Positions 11,912 through 24,893 of a stretch of DNA of 64,000 nt are shown piece by piece. The notes under the pieces are model-generated. The model was given only the letters and a program-made list of their open reading frames with translations. It was not told the origin of the DNA and searched no databases. Position numbers and translations under genes: made by a program. The stretch's first letter is position 1, and each line of letters begins with the position of its first letter. Source of the DNA: Zootoca vivipara (lineage: Eukaryota); contig NC_083280.1 of NCBI RefSeq assembly GCF_963506605.1, positions 61,938,001-62,002,000 of the forward strand, given 5' to 3'.

Positions 11912-13179
11912 CCGTGTTTCCCCTTTTTTAATACGTAGTCAGAAAGTAAGCCATGGGAGGGTTTTTCTAGAAGTAAGATAAGTAAGACGTACCCCGAAAG
12001 TAAGCCACCATTGTTTCTGTCACCTCCTCAGCCCCTCCTGTGTGCTCAGGGAGCCAGCGAACCAGCGACAGGCATGGGGGGAAAACGCGCCTCTCAGCTG
12101 ATTTCTCCACCGCCTGCTGAGCGCACAGGGAGAGGGGGGGGAAGCCTCTTCCTGTCCCTCTGGAGCAGGCCTGTCTTTCCTATTGGGGCTACTGGTGCTT
12201 TCCTTTTCGACCCTGGGAGGCAGCGAATACATCCAATGGTCAGGGCGCTTTGGGGCGCCCATCTCTCCCCGTCTGCACCTTTTCTCCTCCTTCTGGGCCA
12301 GCACGCGCCCTCTTTTGCTCGCTCCCTGCCTCTCCTGTGACAACAGGCAGCGGCGGCGGCGGCGGCAGCCACAGCCGGCTGCAAGGCAGAGAAGCTAAGC
12401 CCAGCGGAGCCGAGGTGCTGTTGAGCGGCTGCGGGCTCCCTTTGGCCGGCCTTCCTTGTGTGCGTCTGGCCGCGATGCGCCTCCCTCCTCCTCCTCCGGC
12501 GTAGCAACAGCAGCGGGAGGCTCCTCCTCCTCCGGCAACGGCAGCAGCGGCTCCCGCTCGGGTCTGGCCGCGATGCGCCTCCCTCCTCCTCCTCCGGCAT
12601 AGCAACAGCAGCGGGAGGCTCCTCCTCCTCCGGCAACGGCAGCAGCGGCTCCCGCTCGGGTCTGGCCGCGATGCGCCTCCCTCCTCCTCCTCCGGCGTAG
12701 CAACAGCAGCGGGAGGCTCCTCCTCCTCCGGCAACGGCAGCAGCGGCTCCCGCTCGGGTATGCACCCCTCCAGCCAGCAGCCAGCCAGGCGGCTCCCACA
12801 AGGGCTGCAGCGGTGGCTGGTGGTGCGGCAGCAGGGAAGGCCGCCTAGCCAAGCGAGTGAGCTGTGTGCCCTCTCCACCCGCCTCCCTTTTTCCACCTCC
12901 ACCACCTCCTCCGCCAGCCAGCCAGCCTTGTCGCCGCTTTTGGGCGCCTGCCTCCGTCCTCCGCGGCCCCCAGGGGCTAGCAGCAGCAACAGCAGTGGGA
13001 GGATGAGGATGACACTGCTGGGTCCCGCTGCCTTGAACCGAGTGGCGCTGCTGCAAGATTGCTTAATAAAAAATAGATTGCTTAATAAAAAAACCAAGAC
13101 ACCCCCGAAAATAAGCCATAGGCTTATTTTCTTGAGTAAAATAAATATAAGACGGTGTCTTAAAATGTGGGAAACACGG
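11912..13179. mobile_element. Non-autonomous Tc1/mariner (Tc2-like) DNA transposon in NKX6-2 intron 2
   Basis: TA|CCGTGTTTCCC ... GGGAAACACGG|TA; subterminal repeats (CCC)GAAA(G/A)TAAGCCA and TAAGAC near both ends; no transposase ORF. Confidence 0.85.
12464..12757. repeat. Tandem repeat, 3 x 98 bp, GC/CpG-rich
   Basis: Unit GTCTGGCCGCGATGCGCCTCC...GGCTCCCGCTCGG starts at 12464, 12562 and 12660; one visible substitution (GGCGTAGC/GGCATAGC). Confidence 0.95.
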
Positions 13180-13583
13180 TAGCCACGGGCTGTTTCTTAG
13201 TACTTCTGTTAAGCCCACGTATTCTGAACTCATTTATTTACCTCCAAGAGAAGGCGCATGGCGGCACAGCCACTTTGCTGGGAAGTTAAGTCCCACTGAA
13301 CTTGGAGAACTTACTTCTAAGTAAATTTGCGCAGACTGGGACTGCTAGTCCCTCTGAAACCAGCTCCCCTTCAGTGCCAACTGTCTTCTCAGTGCAACCT
13401 TATAAGTGCCTACTCAGAAGCAAGCCTACCCACCTTGAGTTCAGAGGGACTTATTCTGAGGGGAGAGGATTGTATAAGATTGTTTATTCGTATTTCTGCT
13501 TGCCTGGGAGTAAAAGTGCCACGGAAAAAGGGTCACACTTCTGAGCAGACATGCTTAACATTGCACCGCAAATATTTATTTTA

Positions 13584-13961
<378 letters not shown>

Positions 13962-14741
13962 TCACGCGGACTAGCAACCTGAAATGCCGTCGCAAATCCA
14001 ACCCGCCCTTTCCCGAGAGCAGCCGCAGAGCTCGGGCCCAGCAGGAAAACTTTGTCACCAGCTAGCCTGCAGGAGATGCAACGTCAAGGGAGAGTTTAAA
14101 ACAAAACAAAAACCAGCCAGTCGTTGTGGAGGCGCGATCGGGGCTGCGCAAGACCCTCGAGCTGCTCCATCAGTTTCCCGAAGGCGACCTGGCCAGTTTC
14201 AGCTGGCCTTCAGGAAACCGATCCTTGCCGGTTTCATTTCCAGACATCAAAACAGCAGCCAGCTGGAAGCGTCCTTCTTTGAGGCTGCAGATCACGGCGC
14301 CCGCTCACTCTCAAAGGGCCACCCCCTTTCCCTAAGCGAAACCCGCTGCCTCTTTATCTGGGACCCACCCGAGCCCTAGAACCGCTTAGCCAGAAAAGAA
14401 GGAACCCCCCACCCCACCTCGCCCTGCCCATCCGCCTAGGGCTGACCAAACCAATCCATATGGACCTGTTTCCTGGGAATTAACCCTAGCACCTGTTGCC
14501 CGCACGCTGCACCCAGAGCCCAGCCGTGCAACTGGAGAGAAAAGAGGCGCCTCCGAGCATGTGCAGAGTGCTGTTCCACCCTGTCTCTCCTAATGAGCGC
14601 AGGGCTTGATGGGACTGGCTGCCCCTTTGGCACTGGCACCTCTAATGATCAGGATTGGGGAAGTTTAAAAGGAATCTCCTTTTTTGCAAAGATCCTCCCC
14701 TCCTCCCTCCCAGCCCCGGCTCCTCGCCCCCGCCTTCTTAC

Positions 14742-15174
14742 CGGGACAGGCGAGCCGGGGGTCCCTCCAGGGCGCCCCCTGCATGACTCCGGGCCAGAAG
14801 ATGGGCGGCCTGCCGGGCAGCTCGGCCAGGGGCTTCGGGTACCGGGACACGGCCGCCGGGTTGAAGTACATCCCGGCCGCGGCGGCTCCGGCCAGCCCGT
14901 TGAGCCGAGGCAGGCCCGTGAGGAGGCTGCTGGCGGCGGCGGCGGCGGCCACGGGCCTGCCCAGGATGTCGCTGATGCCGTGCGGGGTCCCCAGCGGGAT
15001 CTGCGCGTTGAGTCCGCCCAGCGAGGGTGCCTTGAAGCCGGCCGGGCTCTGCAGGGCGTAGGGGAAGAGCGACGTCTTCATCTCGGCCATGTTGTGCAGC
15101 GCCGCCAGCGGGGCGCTGCTCAGCACGAAGGCGCCCGGCGGGCGGTTAGCCTCCATCTGCCCCACGGCTAACAT
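14742..15174 (-). CDS. NKX6-2: Homeobox protein Nkx-6.2, coding exon 1 (433 nt, phase 1)
   Basis: [39 protein letters not shown]...[10 protein letters not shown] (eh1/TN motif)...[19 protein letters not shown]...WRDPRLACP; donor G|GTAAG at 14741. Confidence 0.97.
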
Positions 15175-15874
15175 TGGCGGGCATCAAGGGGCGGGCGAAG
15201 CCGAGCGGGAGCGGGGAAGGAAGGCGGCCCCAAGCAAGGGCAGCAACAGTCCGCCGCCGCCGCCGCCTCCGAGGGAGCCACAGAAACCAGACTTCGCTCG
15301 CCTTCTCCTCCACCTTCTCCTCCGTTCCTGTTTTTGGCGGGAATTCGCCGGCAAGGCCGCTGCAAAGTTTTGCTCCGGTTCTCCTGAGCGCTCGGCGGGA
15401 GCGCTCGGTGGCCGCGGGTCCTTCTGTCGAGGGCGGCTTCAGCCGCAGCAACTCCCGGCGGGAAGTTCTGCGGCCAAGAAGGGGAGGGAGAAGGAAGGCG
15501 GGTCGGCCGCAAAGCCTCGGTGGGAAAACGACAACGCCAATCTCGGCGGCTCAGGTTTCTTCTTCTTCGCAAGCTTTTAATTGTAGGAAATAACTTTTTT
15601 TGGGAGGGGGGAATTCTCCCAAATTTGGAAGTCCTCTTGAAGATCGGGAATTGCTGCTGGAGTATATATATGTGTGTATATATTTATATTTTCCTCTCTT
15701 TTTCTTCTTCTCCCCTCCCCCCACCTTCCAAAAAAATCAAATAAATGCTTTTTTATTTCGTTCTTCCCAAAGCAAGGGGAGTTTTCCCTCCCGGTGAAAT
15801 GGACTCGAGCGCTCGGAATCCCGGAGTCTGGACAAGATGCGCTGATAACCTCGCAGCCACCTGCCAGCCGAGCT

Positions 15875-15990
15875 CTCGGATTGGTCGCGCTCTCTTCCGA
15901 GGCCGCTGCTATTGGCCAATGGACGGGCATTCCGGTCTCCCCGCTTTGCATGCGCGTCATGGAAGTGTGTGCTGGAAGGGGCGGGGCGTG
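15875..15990 (-). promoter_or_regulatory. Putative NKX6-2 proximal promoter (CCAAT boxes, GC box)
   Basis: ATTGG 15880-15884, palindromic ATTGGCCAAT 15911-15920 and GGGGCGGGGC 15978-15987 at the edge of the CpG island, 0.7-0.8 kb upstream of the ATG. Confidence 0.6.
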
Positions 15991-18900
15991 CGGGGGGGGA
16001 GGGCGCGCGGCGGAGAGAGATCAGAAGATTGCGGGGGAGAAAAAGAGCAACATTAAATGAAGGTTCTATTATAAAGTCAAGGTACTTTAAATGGCTGTAA
16101 ATTTGCCCGCTGATTTATCTTTCCAACGACGAAATAAATTCCGTTGAATGGGAGTTTAGTTAGGCTTAAGGGTTCCCCCCCTTCCTCTTTTCCTTTATAA
16201 GGAATCGGCAATATAGGTACATGTGTCATGTTCTCGTAATCGTGACGATCAGCAAGAACTTTTTTTTTAATCGACCAGCCAAAGCCACTTTCACAATGGA
16301 AAATATCCCTCGCCATTTCTTGATTGTCTAACATTGCGTGAAAAACACAAACCAGTAGGGCTTGTTACAGTAAAGCAACCGAGTCTAAACGGAAGAGGAG
16401 CTGAAGAGAGAAAGAGAGATTGAATTTGCTGATCTTTTCTTATCCCTCAAGAATTGTCCACCCTATCTGTTTTCTCACCCAGGAGCTCAATAAATAAGCG
16501 TGGAATAAGCCACAAGAAGGGCTCTTTAGGCGTGTGGCCCCCGAGTCTTTTAGTTCTATTAAGATCCGCGGCGTAGATGATTATCTCTGCGTGACTCTCG
16601 CATCCTTTTATTGCCTGAACTCGCTTCTGATATGTATCAATCTTATCTAGCAAAAGGCCTTTAAAAGAGGACCTTTTGTCCTTATTGATCACATCGTGGA
16701 CTCTTGTCACCGTCCTGCCCCCCCCCCAGCTCCCCCTTCTCTCCTTCCGATTTTACAGTTGTTGTTTTAAGGCGACCGAGAGGTTGGCAAGGTGGTTTTG
16801 AAACTGGCCCCTGACCAAAACTCAGCTCTCCCGAGCCTTTGATTTGACGGGCATAAATGATCTCCTTCTGCACCTGCCTAGGAATCCTGCCTTCCTCGGC
16901 CATTCATTATTTTTTAACATTTGAAAGGCGAAGATCAAGAAAACCTTCTGAACATCATTCATGATAGTAGTCAGCCGCCAATCCTACGAGGTACAGTACT
17001 TGAAACGCTGGCAAGGTTGACACAAAAATTATGTTGAGTTTTCAAAAAATTAAATAGGAATTTATTGACGGCTCCATACGTCAATTCTAAACTCGTTCTA
17101 CCGGGCTTCCAGAATTTCAGCTCCGAGACACCAATATATATTGCTACTTTTTCTTCTTCTTTTTAATGATAACATCCATTCCTGAAAGGAAGTCTGACAT
17201 AAATAAGTTGCAGCTCATTTAAAGGGAATGTAGTCAGGATTAAAGTGCTGCCTACTGCTTCTCAGTGATAGTTTTCCTTTTTAATCGAAGTGGTATAATA
17301 ATGTTGGGAAATGTTTCTGAAGAAGCTTGCTTATTAAATTCGTGTTTTTATTTGTCAAAATAGTACCTCAACCCTATTATTTTGAAGCCTGGCAAATGAC
17401 TCTTAAGGGGAAACCAGAGTGATTCTTATGGTGAAAGGATCCTTCTCAGAAAGAAAGAAAGAAAAGCTGCACCCTTGTGATTGTGCGTCAAAACCTGCTT
17501 TCAGACGACCACGAAGTAAATCCTGATTAGTTGGCACTACGCTAGTTCTCCATTCTATACACGCAATTAACCTGTGTAAAATGTTACGTGAACTGCAGCT
17601 CTTCTGATGCGTGTTTGCATGTTTCCCCCGCAGCAAATGCAAGACACGCATCTTAACAGGAAGGGCTTAGCTGCACGATAGAGTGTGTGCCATGTAATTT
17701 GCACTCATGCCCATAGTGGAGTTTACTTCCAAGTTGCGTATCCAGGATTGTGGTGTCTCCTGACAATCATTTACAGTGCTTGGAAACAAATATCGGATTC
17801 TGCCCCAATATCCTTTTCTTACAACTGTAGCCCCAGAAGCATTAATTAAAATATTTTATTTGGATTTAAAACAAACAAACAAAAAATCCTCATTCTCCCC
17901 AAGCGCAATTAACCGTTACATCTGCGGTTCCAAAAGGGTGGGTTTTGTCTCTAAAAGCAAGTAAACACGTACACCTCCCCTCACTCGGATATAGAAGAGA
18001 GTCTTTGTGCCCGCTGGGAATTAACAGCACAAATGGAGTAGCAGGCCTTCTGTGCAGATCCGATCTCGATGCCTTTTGATCTGCTGCTCAAGTCTGCTGC
18101 TCTCCAGATCGCCCGTTTCCTAGTCTTCACCTCTTGCCCAAATCAACATCTGGAGGGGCAGAAAAATCCCAGGGCATTGCTTGTCCAGGCAGTCCAGCCT
18201 CCTCGGACTTCTTTCCTGGTTCTGGAATTATTCTGGGATGTTCGCTGCCCAGTCGAAGCGCAGTTTCGCCGAGGGTCCTCGACGGCAGCTCCTGGCCTCT
18301 TCAATACTGTACTGTGATCCGAAGGGAACTTCGGGTCGGGAGCTGGAAACCTATCGATTTCAGGGGGACTCCTCCACACCATCACATCAATCGGATAAGG
18401 AATTAGACGGAGATGGTTGGGTGAATAGGCCAACTCTGAAAAGCCATTACTGGGATTTGCTTCGGAAGAGTAACCTCCATTCCACCACCCACCTCACCAA
18501 AGTCGGCATTGGTAACGGTGGCTTGCTTTGTGCAATGTCCAAGTTCTTAGACTAATAATAATAACAACATTTTATGGTTGTTGCTGTTGTTAAATAACGG
18601 CATTTGTTGTTAAACAATAACATTTATTATAACTATTGATGAAGAAGAAACATAATTCCTGTGACGTTTGCATGTTTTAAAGTACGGCTGTAAATTTGTA
18701 TTGATTTTTATTGTTTTACCGTTCTGTAAATCGCTTTGAGGGTTGTTGGTGTATTTTATGAAATAAAACAAACAAATAAAATGTTGATGCTGATAATACA
18801 TATTGAGGGCTTGGGAGAAATCTTGAGAAGGAAATGTGCCTTTCTCAAAGTTCATTCAGAAGTGCCTTTTCTACGGGTTGAGGTTCCTAATACTTTCTTA

Positions 18901-19959
18901 CGCTTGGCTTTAGTCTCTGTCGAGATCCACTTTTCCCTTCCCTTAAGAGGGACTGGCCGAAGTGAAAGGATCCCATGCCTCCTTTTGTCCCTTGGGATCA
19001 AATTCCGTCCAGGGACTTTTCTGGGACTTTTCTCTCGCAGAAAAGAAAGTGTGGGGTGGTCTCATTCCCCCACTTGCTGCTGGGCTGCTTCGAGGAGGTC
19101 CCGGGAGCTTGAGACGGTGGTGGCGAGAGAGAGAGAGAATATCATATTTTCAATGGAGCGGTTGGCAGACCTACGACAGGAAAAAGATGAATTTCCCCTC
19201 CAGCGCCTCCTCCCCCCTCGCAGCCTCCGCTGTCCAGCCAGTAGGAAGCTGCCGGGGGACCTGGCTTTGCAAGACACGCCTACAAAACCTACAATTTCCC
19301 ATCCCTCGGATCCAAGTGTCGCCCAAGTGTGAGATTCAAGGGGCCAGATTCCAGCTGGCGTTGCATTGCAACTTAGGGCGGATCTACTGGCCATGCAACC
19401 GAAGTCTGCCGCATGTGTGTGTGTGTGTCCCCTCAACAACACTTTTCACTGCTCAAGGAGATGGTGCGATGGTGCTCAAGCAGCTAGTCCACATGAGGAA
19501 GGCCAACGAGACTGGTTCTGCTAGGTGACCCTGAAAAAGGAGCATGTTCTTAAAGGACTTGATGCAAATGGGTTTCCTTTAACTTTTTCAAGCAAGCAAG
19601 CAAACGAAACATCAACTACTGTACCTTAGTTACAGTCAAGGAAATGATGGGCTTTCCCGACACTGCCAAGTGAGCGACGGGGTTAAACTGTTCTGAGCGG
19701 TGGAGATGAGAGTCAAGGAGCTACAATTCCCAGCAACCCTTAGCAAAATACAGTGCCTGGAATTCTTTGAGAGGGAGAATGTGGGTCAAATGTGCTCCTG
19801 TGTGAGGATGGGAATGTTGATGAACACAGTTAGTGCTGATATGTGCTAATTATGCCCAGGAAGAACATTCCTAGTGAACACAGCACAACTAGTATACATT
19901 TAAATCCCAGTGACTTCAGTTTCACTGGTTTGTAGATTGGTTTTAGATAAACTGTATGT

Positions 19960-20049
19960 CATAGCTGCCAAGTTATCCCTTTTTTAAAGGGATTTTCCCT
20001 TATGCTGAATAGGCTTCCTCACGAGAACAGGGAAAACTTGGCAGCTATG
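19960..20049. mobile_element. 90-bp hAT MITE
   Basis: 15-bp TIR CATAGCTGCCAAGTT / AACTTGGCAGCTATG; perfect 8-bp TSD CTGTATGT. Confidence 0.93.
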
Positions 20050-20301
20050 CTGTATGTATCTTTTAACTATTTATGTGCTTTTTTAACACACCAGGTAAAA
20101 GAAATATAAGAACAACCAGCAGCAACCAGTAGGTCTGTCAACCAGTTTAAGCTCTTCAATAGTTCATCTTTTGGCTGATTAACCAATTAATCAATGACAT
20201 TTATATACAATTAGCCATTGCATAATCCCAGTGAAGGTGCCTTTTGGTGGATATATTGAGAGAAGGTGACAGGCTTTCCTTAAATGTCAAAACAATGACA
20301 A

Positions 20302-20973
20302 TGTTGCCATGAGTTTGTGGGTGCTAGGCATCCCCTAAATTCCTGGGACCAATAGGTGCTGGAATTTAATTAAGTCTTGTGTACTAAAACTGTGTTTAGA
20401 CTCCCATGTGTTAGAATCTAATCAAGACCCCTGTGCATTATTTGGCTATGTATGAGACACCTCTTTTAACCCCTGGAATCAACATGTGTTAGAAGCTAAT
20501 TGAATCAGGCTACTTCACCTTTTGAGGTGATGGCCTGCGGATGAGCCATTAAGACAACACACAGGATCAAAGGACTAAGCATGAAAAGGCAATTGAATGG
20601 GCCCCTCCCTCGCTCTGCAGATAAAAGTCAGGGGTTTAGTATAAGAGAGAGTTAAAAGTCATATGGGCAGTAGCTTCGCAGAGAGTTGGGAGTTAAGCAA
20701 TGGCATTAGTAAGCGGCAAGGTTTGAGAGCAATGGTCAGGGTCTGCTTAAGTCCAAGGCTGCTGTGTGGCTATAGGAGAAGCCGGAACCTCTTGCCGTAT
20801 GGATGCTAAGCATCCCTCCATTGCATGCTCGGGTTGTATATATGTGTAAATAAGCCATATATCACAAAGGAACCACCATCTCCGCTGTGTCTCATTTTCC
20901 AAAAGGAACCATGGACCCTGGATATGGGTGCCTGGAACCTCGCATTACTCTGGAGATTTGGGGTGGTGTAATA
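20302..20973 (+). mobile_element. Possible solo LTR
   Basis: Starts TGTTG; internal direct repeat CATGTGTTAGAA..TAAT; TATAAG followed by a GA-rich R-like region; GTAAATAAG polyA-like signal; 3' terminus degenerate and no TSD confirmed. Confidence 0.4.
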
Positions 20974-23900
20974 TAGTATAGTAAACAGAAGCTACCATTT
21001 GCTACATGGAGGTGTACCTAAGGGTTGGCAAAAACTGGCCCCGGCTGGAATCTCAGGCCCAGCCCCCTCCCCTGCCAAAATCACCCATCAGACAAATGGT
21101 GAGTATGACATACATGCATGCGGCAACACACCACAGCTGTCCTTCTCTGCGGTAACATGATTTTTGGGGGAGGTGGGGGGGGGCGCTGATACATCTCCTT
21201 GCCAATGGTGCAAGGCACCCTATGTACTCCTCTGCTACTGCTAGAAGGAAAGGCAGGCTCTAAAGGTTTAGGTTTATTCTTCAATTCACACATCACTTCC
21301 CACAAAAAAAAGTCCAAAGGCGATTTACAATCAAAACAAAAACAAAAATACTATTTAAAAAAATCACACTTACTGTCAAGATTCTTTTCTGCTGTCCCTT
21401 CTTCCTTCCTGTCTGCCTCTCTTCCATGTCACCATCCTTGACTGCCCTGCCGCTGCAGTATTTTCTTCAGGTTGGTGCCACTGACCTGTGACCACGTACC
21501 GAGGAACTGCAAGGAAATAATATCACCCAGAAACATCCAAAAAGTTTCCAACTCTCTGCCAAATGGAAACTCCAGAATTTACATTAGGGCAATATAAAAA
21601 TGCTACAAAATAGTGTGCAGTGTGGCAAGCTTTCGGGTTCTTCAGAAGGCCTCCCCAGGATGGATGGTAAACAAACCAGGGAGGCAGAGAGTTGGCTGAT
21701 GGCTGGAGCCATGCATGGATGAAGAGTGCATTCGTCACTGTCTTGAGATGGATGTGGACAATCATTCTAACTTAACACAATGACGGAACTATGGGCCAAC
21801 AAGGCTACTTCTGTTTTTTCCATTTTATTTTTTTAAGAAACCCACCTATTTCTTAGTGCACCAGGCCTGCTTCTCATAGGAACTGGAGTGGCAGGCATTA
21901 CAAATAGTTTATGTATTTAAAAAAACCAGTATGAAAATAAAACTCACAATCCAATATATTAATTTTTCCCTCTTGGGCGCCTGTGATTTTCCATGCTGTT
22001 ATCACCTTTCAGAATGCAATAGATAATTTATATCTGTCATCAACAGCACTTGTTACTCATTAATTGGGTATTTGTCCTGTTTATTGACTTGCTTGACTTG
22101 GTGAATATCACCAAGTATTCTGCGAAGAAATATATGGGTCTCTTCTCTTTCCAGCCCCCATGGCCTGGGCAAAACGTCTTTACAGGGCTGAATTATATGT
22201 TTGCCTTTGGCACTTCTTTCATTAGGAAGAGATTCTTGAAAGAAGTGCAGCAGAACCACAAAATCTGAAGATTTTCTTTGTGACAACCCAGAAATCTGTT
22301 AAAACGTTTACGCATCTGAGGATCTTGGCTCAAATGGCGTGGATCACATGGCCAAGGTTGCAATCCTAGGCCATTCCCAATCAATGGAATTCAACCAATA
22401 GACAAGATCAAGCTGCAGGAATCTGAAGCTTACCGTCCTAATTCTCATTCCATTTTGTACACCTAGGTGCAGAAGAGACCTTGATTTCTGGGGTTAGTGA
22501 TGTTTATTAGATAGCACTGTCCATTTCAATAGAAGAGTACGGTTTGCTTTCTTCATGTGCTTTGTGAGGACAAGTGACAGAGAGAAGTGAAGGTTGAAAT
22601 CCCTGGTTAAAAAGCAGATCCAGTTGCAGCAATCTTCAGTATAGTAAAGGGGGAGAGTTTTTGAGTTGTCTGAGATAGAGATATTCTATGGTTACAATGT
22701 TGCACCACACTTTGGAAGGCATCATTTATTTTTTATCAATTATTATTGATGTATCAATTATTACTGAATGAATAGGAATCAATATTAGAGTGCAATGATT
22801 ATATCAGCCTAGCTTAAAAGACTATACAGTTTATATTATCTCATAGGCAGAGGTGCTCAAGTGCTTACAAATTCAGGACACTATTAGCAAATCTACATTT
22901 AATGAGCTAAAACTGTACATGCTTTGAAATTATACAGATGCAGTCATTACGGAATAATTGCACTCCCTGCTGAAATATGAGAGGGCTCATCTGTATTGGC
23001 ATTCCCCTGGCTTTTGGTTCCCCTGTTACATGTGTTCCCTTGCTCTCTTGAATTGAGCCTCCTGTTTTAACTGCTGTGTTGTTTTAATGGGATTGTTTTA
23101 TTGCATATAAATTCTGGATGTTTGTATTTAAATGCCTGTGTAACTAGTTTTTATATTTTGGAAACCACCAATAAGCCAATTTTGGCATTACAGTATACTG
23201 TAAGGAAGGAAGGAAGGAAATATTCACCAGTAATTGGAGAGTTACCCTTACAAAAACCTGAGTCTTAGAAAATTCCTCTTTCCAGGAGTTTTTCATCGAA
23301 AACATGGGTGGTATGGTACTAATCAATCAGAACTATATAAAAAAATTCTACTGTAAGTGATTAGGACTACCTTGTTGATGCAATTGTATGGCTGTAGGCA
23401 GAAGTTCCTCCACCAGAAGATCACACTGAATCGTGTATACATACTATGTTGAAGTCCTTCCTTTTTAATTCTAGGCTTGTGATTATGATATTTGGAAATG
23501 GGCAAAGTGACTGGCTATCTTCAGCACTTCTGAAGATGTCTACAGCTCTGTCATTTTGTTTGTTTCTGTTTTCCTATACAGCTCTGCTAACCTGAAGTCT
23601 ATAATCTGTATTATTGTAAACTTAATCAGATTCATCTGTGTATATTGAATTTAGTACCAACAGTCCTTTCATTGTCTGATGTTGTAGAATTCAGACATTG
23701 ATTCTAAGTTGTGCATTGTGGTCATTCAGACATTTTTTGTGTGTGCTTATCGACTCCTGGAAATACATTTGCCAGATTTTGCCCTGTGCATATCACTAGA
23801 AGTTGCTGGTGGGCTGAAAAATAGTGTTTTATATTTAAGATGTTGTCATTATTTATTTTATATAAAGTAAACAGGATGCAAAGATCAAATAAATGTGATG

Positions 23901-24893
23901 GAAATATGAAGTACACAATCATAGATATTTAGGTTGCAATCCAACATTTACTTGCCTTGCACTCAATGAAACTTATAAGTAGACATGTATAGAATTGCAC
24001 TGTTACTTTTTTACTGAAAACGCTCCTTGCAACCTTATATGTTTCCCTCTCCCAGTAGTTGAAAACAGCAGTGCTGTGGTCTCTCTCCTTTGACCAGCAA
24101 ATAATTAATAGGAATCAATATTAGAGTGCAAGTAATGCCACCTGCTGGGTATCTTCATGCACTGCAGTGGCATCTTGAAAACTGAACACTAAGAACTTTT
24201 TCCTTAATGCCAAAGTTTCTGCTGTGCTTGCTGGCTAGTCACATAACACAGACTCCCAGTCTAATGAAAGGTGCTTGTTCCTAATGTTATTCTGCAGAAT
24301 TACTCAGTATATTTCTACCTATGTTAGGGATCCAAAGAGTAGGACTGACCTGACCTGGCAGTTTGGTGCCTGAGACAAAGCACAGAATGATGCCCCCCTC
24401 CCTGCCAAGGAAGAAGGGACGAGTGAAGGAACAAGAGGGGGAAATAAAGATCTACACTGGGATCTGCTGCCCCTGTGGGTCCTGCCACCTGAGGCAGTCT
24501 CCTCACCTTGCCTCATGGCCCTGCCAAAGAGGCTCTTTTCAGTGGAGGCTGCTCCATGAGGGTGGGTGGGCACTGCCCCACCAGTCTCAACCTGCCCTCA
24601 GTCATTCCCTTGCCTTGTTACTTACAACCATTTCTGGGGGTGCCACTACCTGTCAGTTTCCTCCTCCTTAGTCTCAGTGTTGCCCTTGTAGAATTCAGCA
24701 GAGATGGCTGGGACAAAGCTAGAATAAGCTGTCCCTGCTGCCATTGGCTCTGGCCAACTTCTTGATTCTAGCCTCCCATTAACTTATATCAGATAAAAGA
24801 CAGAAAAGAAGGCACACTCCCTGGATGAAGCTTGCAAACCACTGGTGGTCTATGGACCGCATTTTGAGAATTCCTGCTATGGACCCTATAGAG

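Noticed and set aside
12464-12757. Regularly spaced repeats resembling a CRISPR array
   Set aside because: Units are contiguous with no unique spacers, there are no cas genes, and the context is eukaryotic.
12011-13182. Long overlapping ORFs of 285-320 aa with repeated PEEEEPPAA / RRRRR peptides
   Set aside because: By-product of stop-poor GC-rich transposon cargo and a 98-bp (non-triplet) tandem repeat; open in many frames on both strands; no transposase motifs.
18482-18491. Gli-like site CACCACCCA (also GACCACGCA near 108-116)
   Set aside because: Single-mismatch 9-mers are expected by chance and cannot be supported without conservation data.
18736-19528. Overlapping ORFs of 198 and 188 aa upstream of NKX6-2
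   Set aside because: Non-ATG starts, partly in repeat-derived AT-rich sequence, no recognisable domain; could at most belong to a divergent lncRNA.
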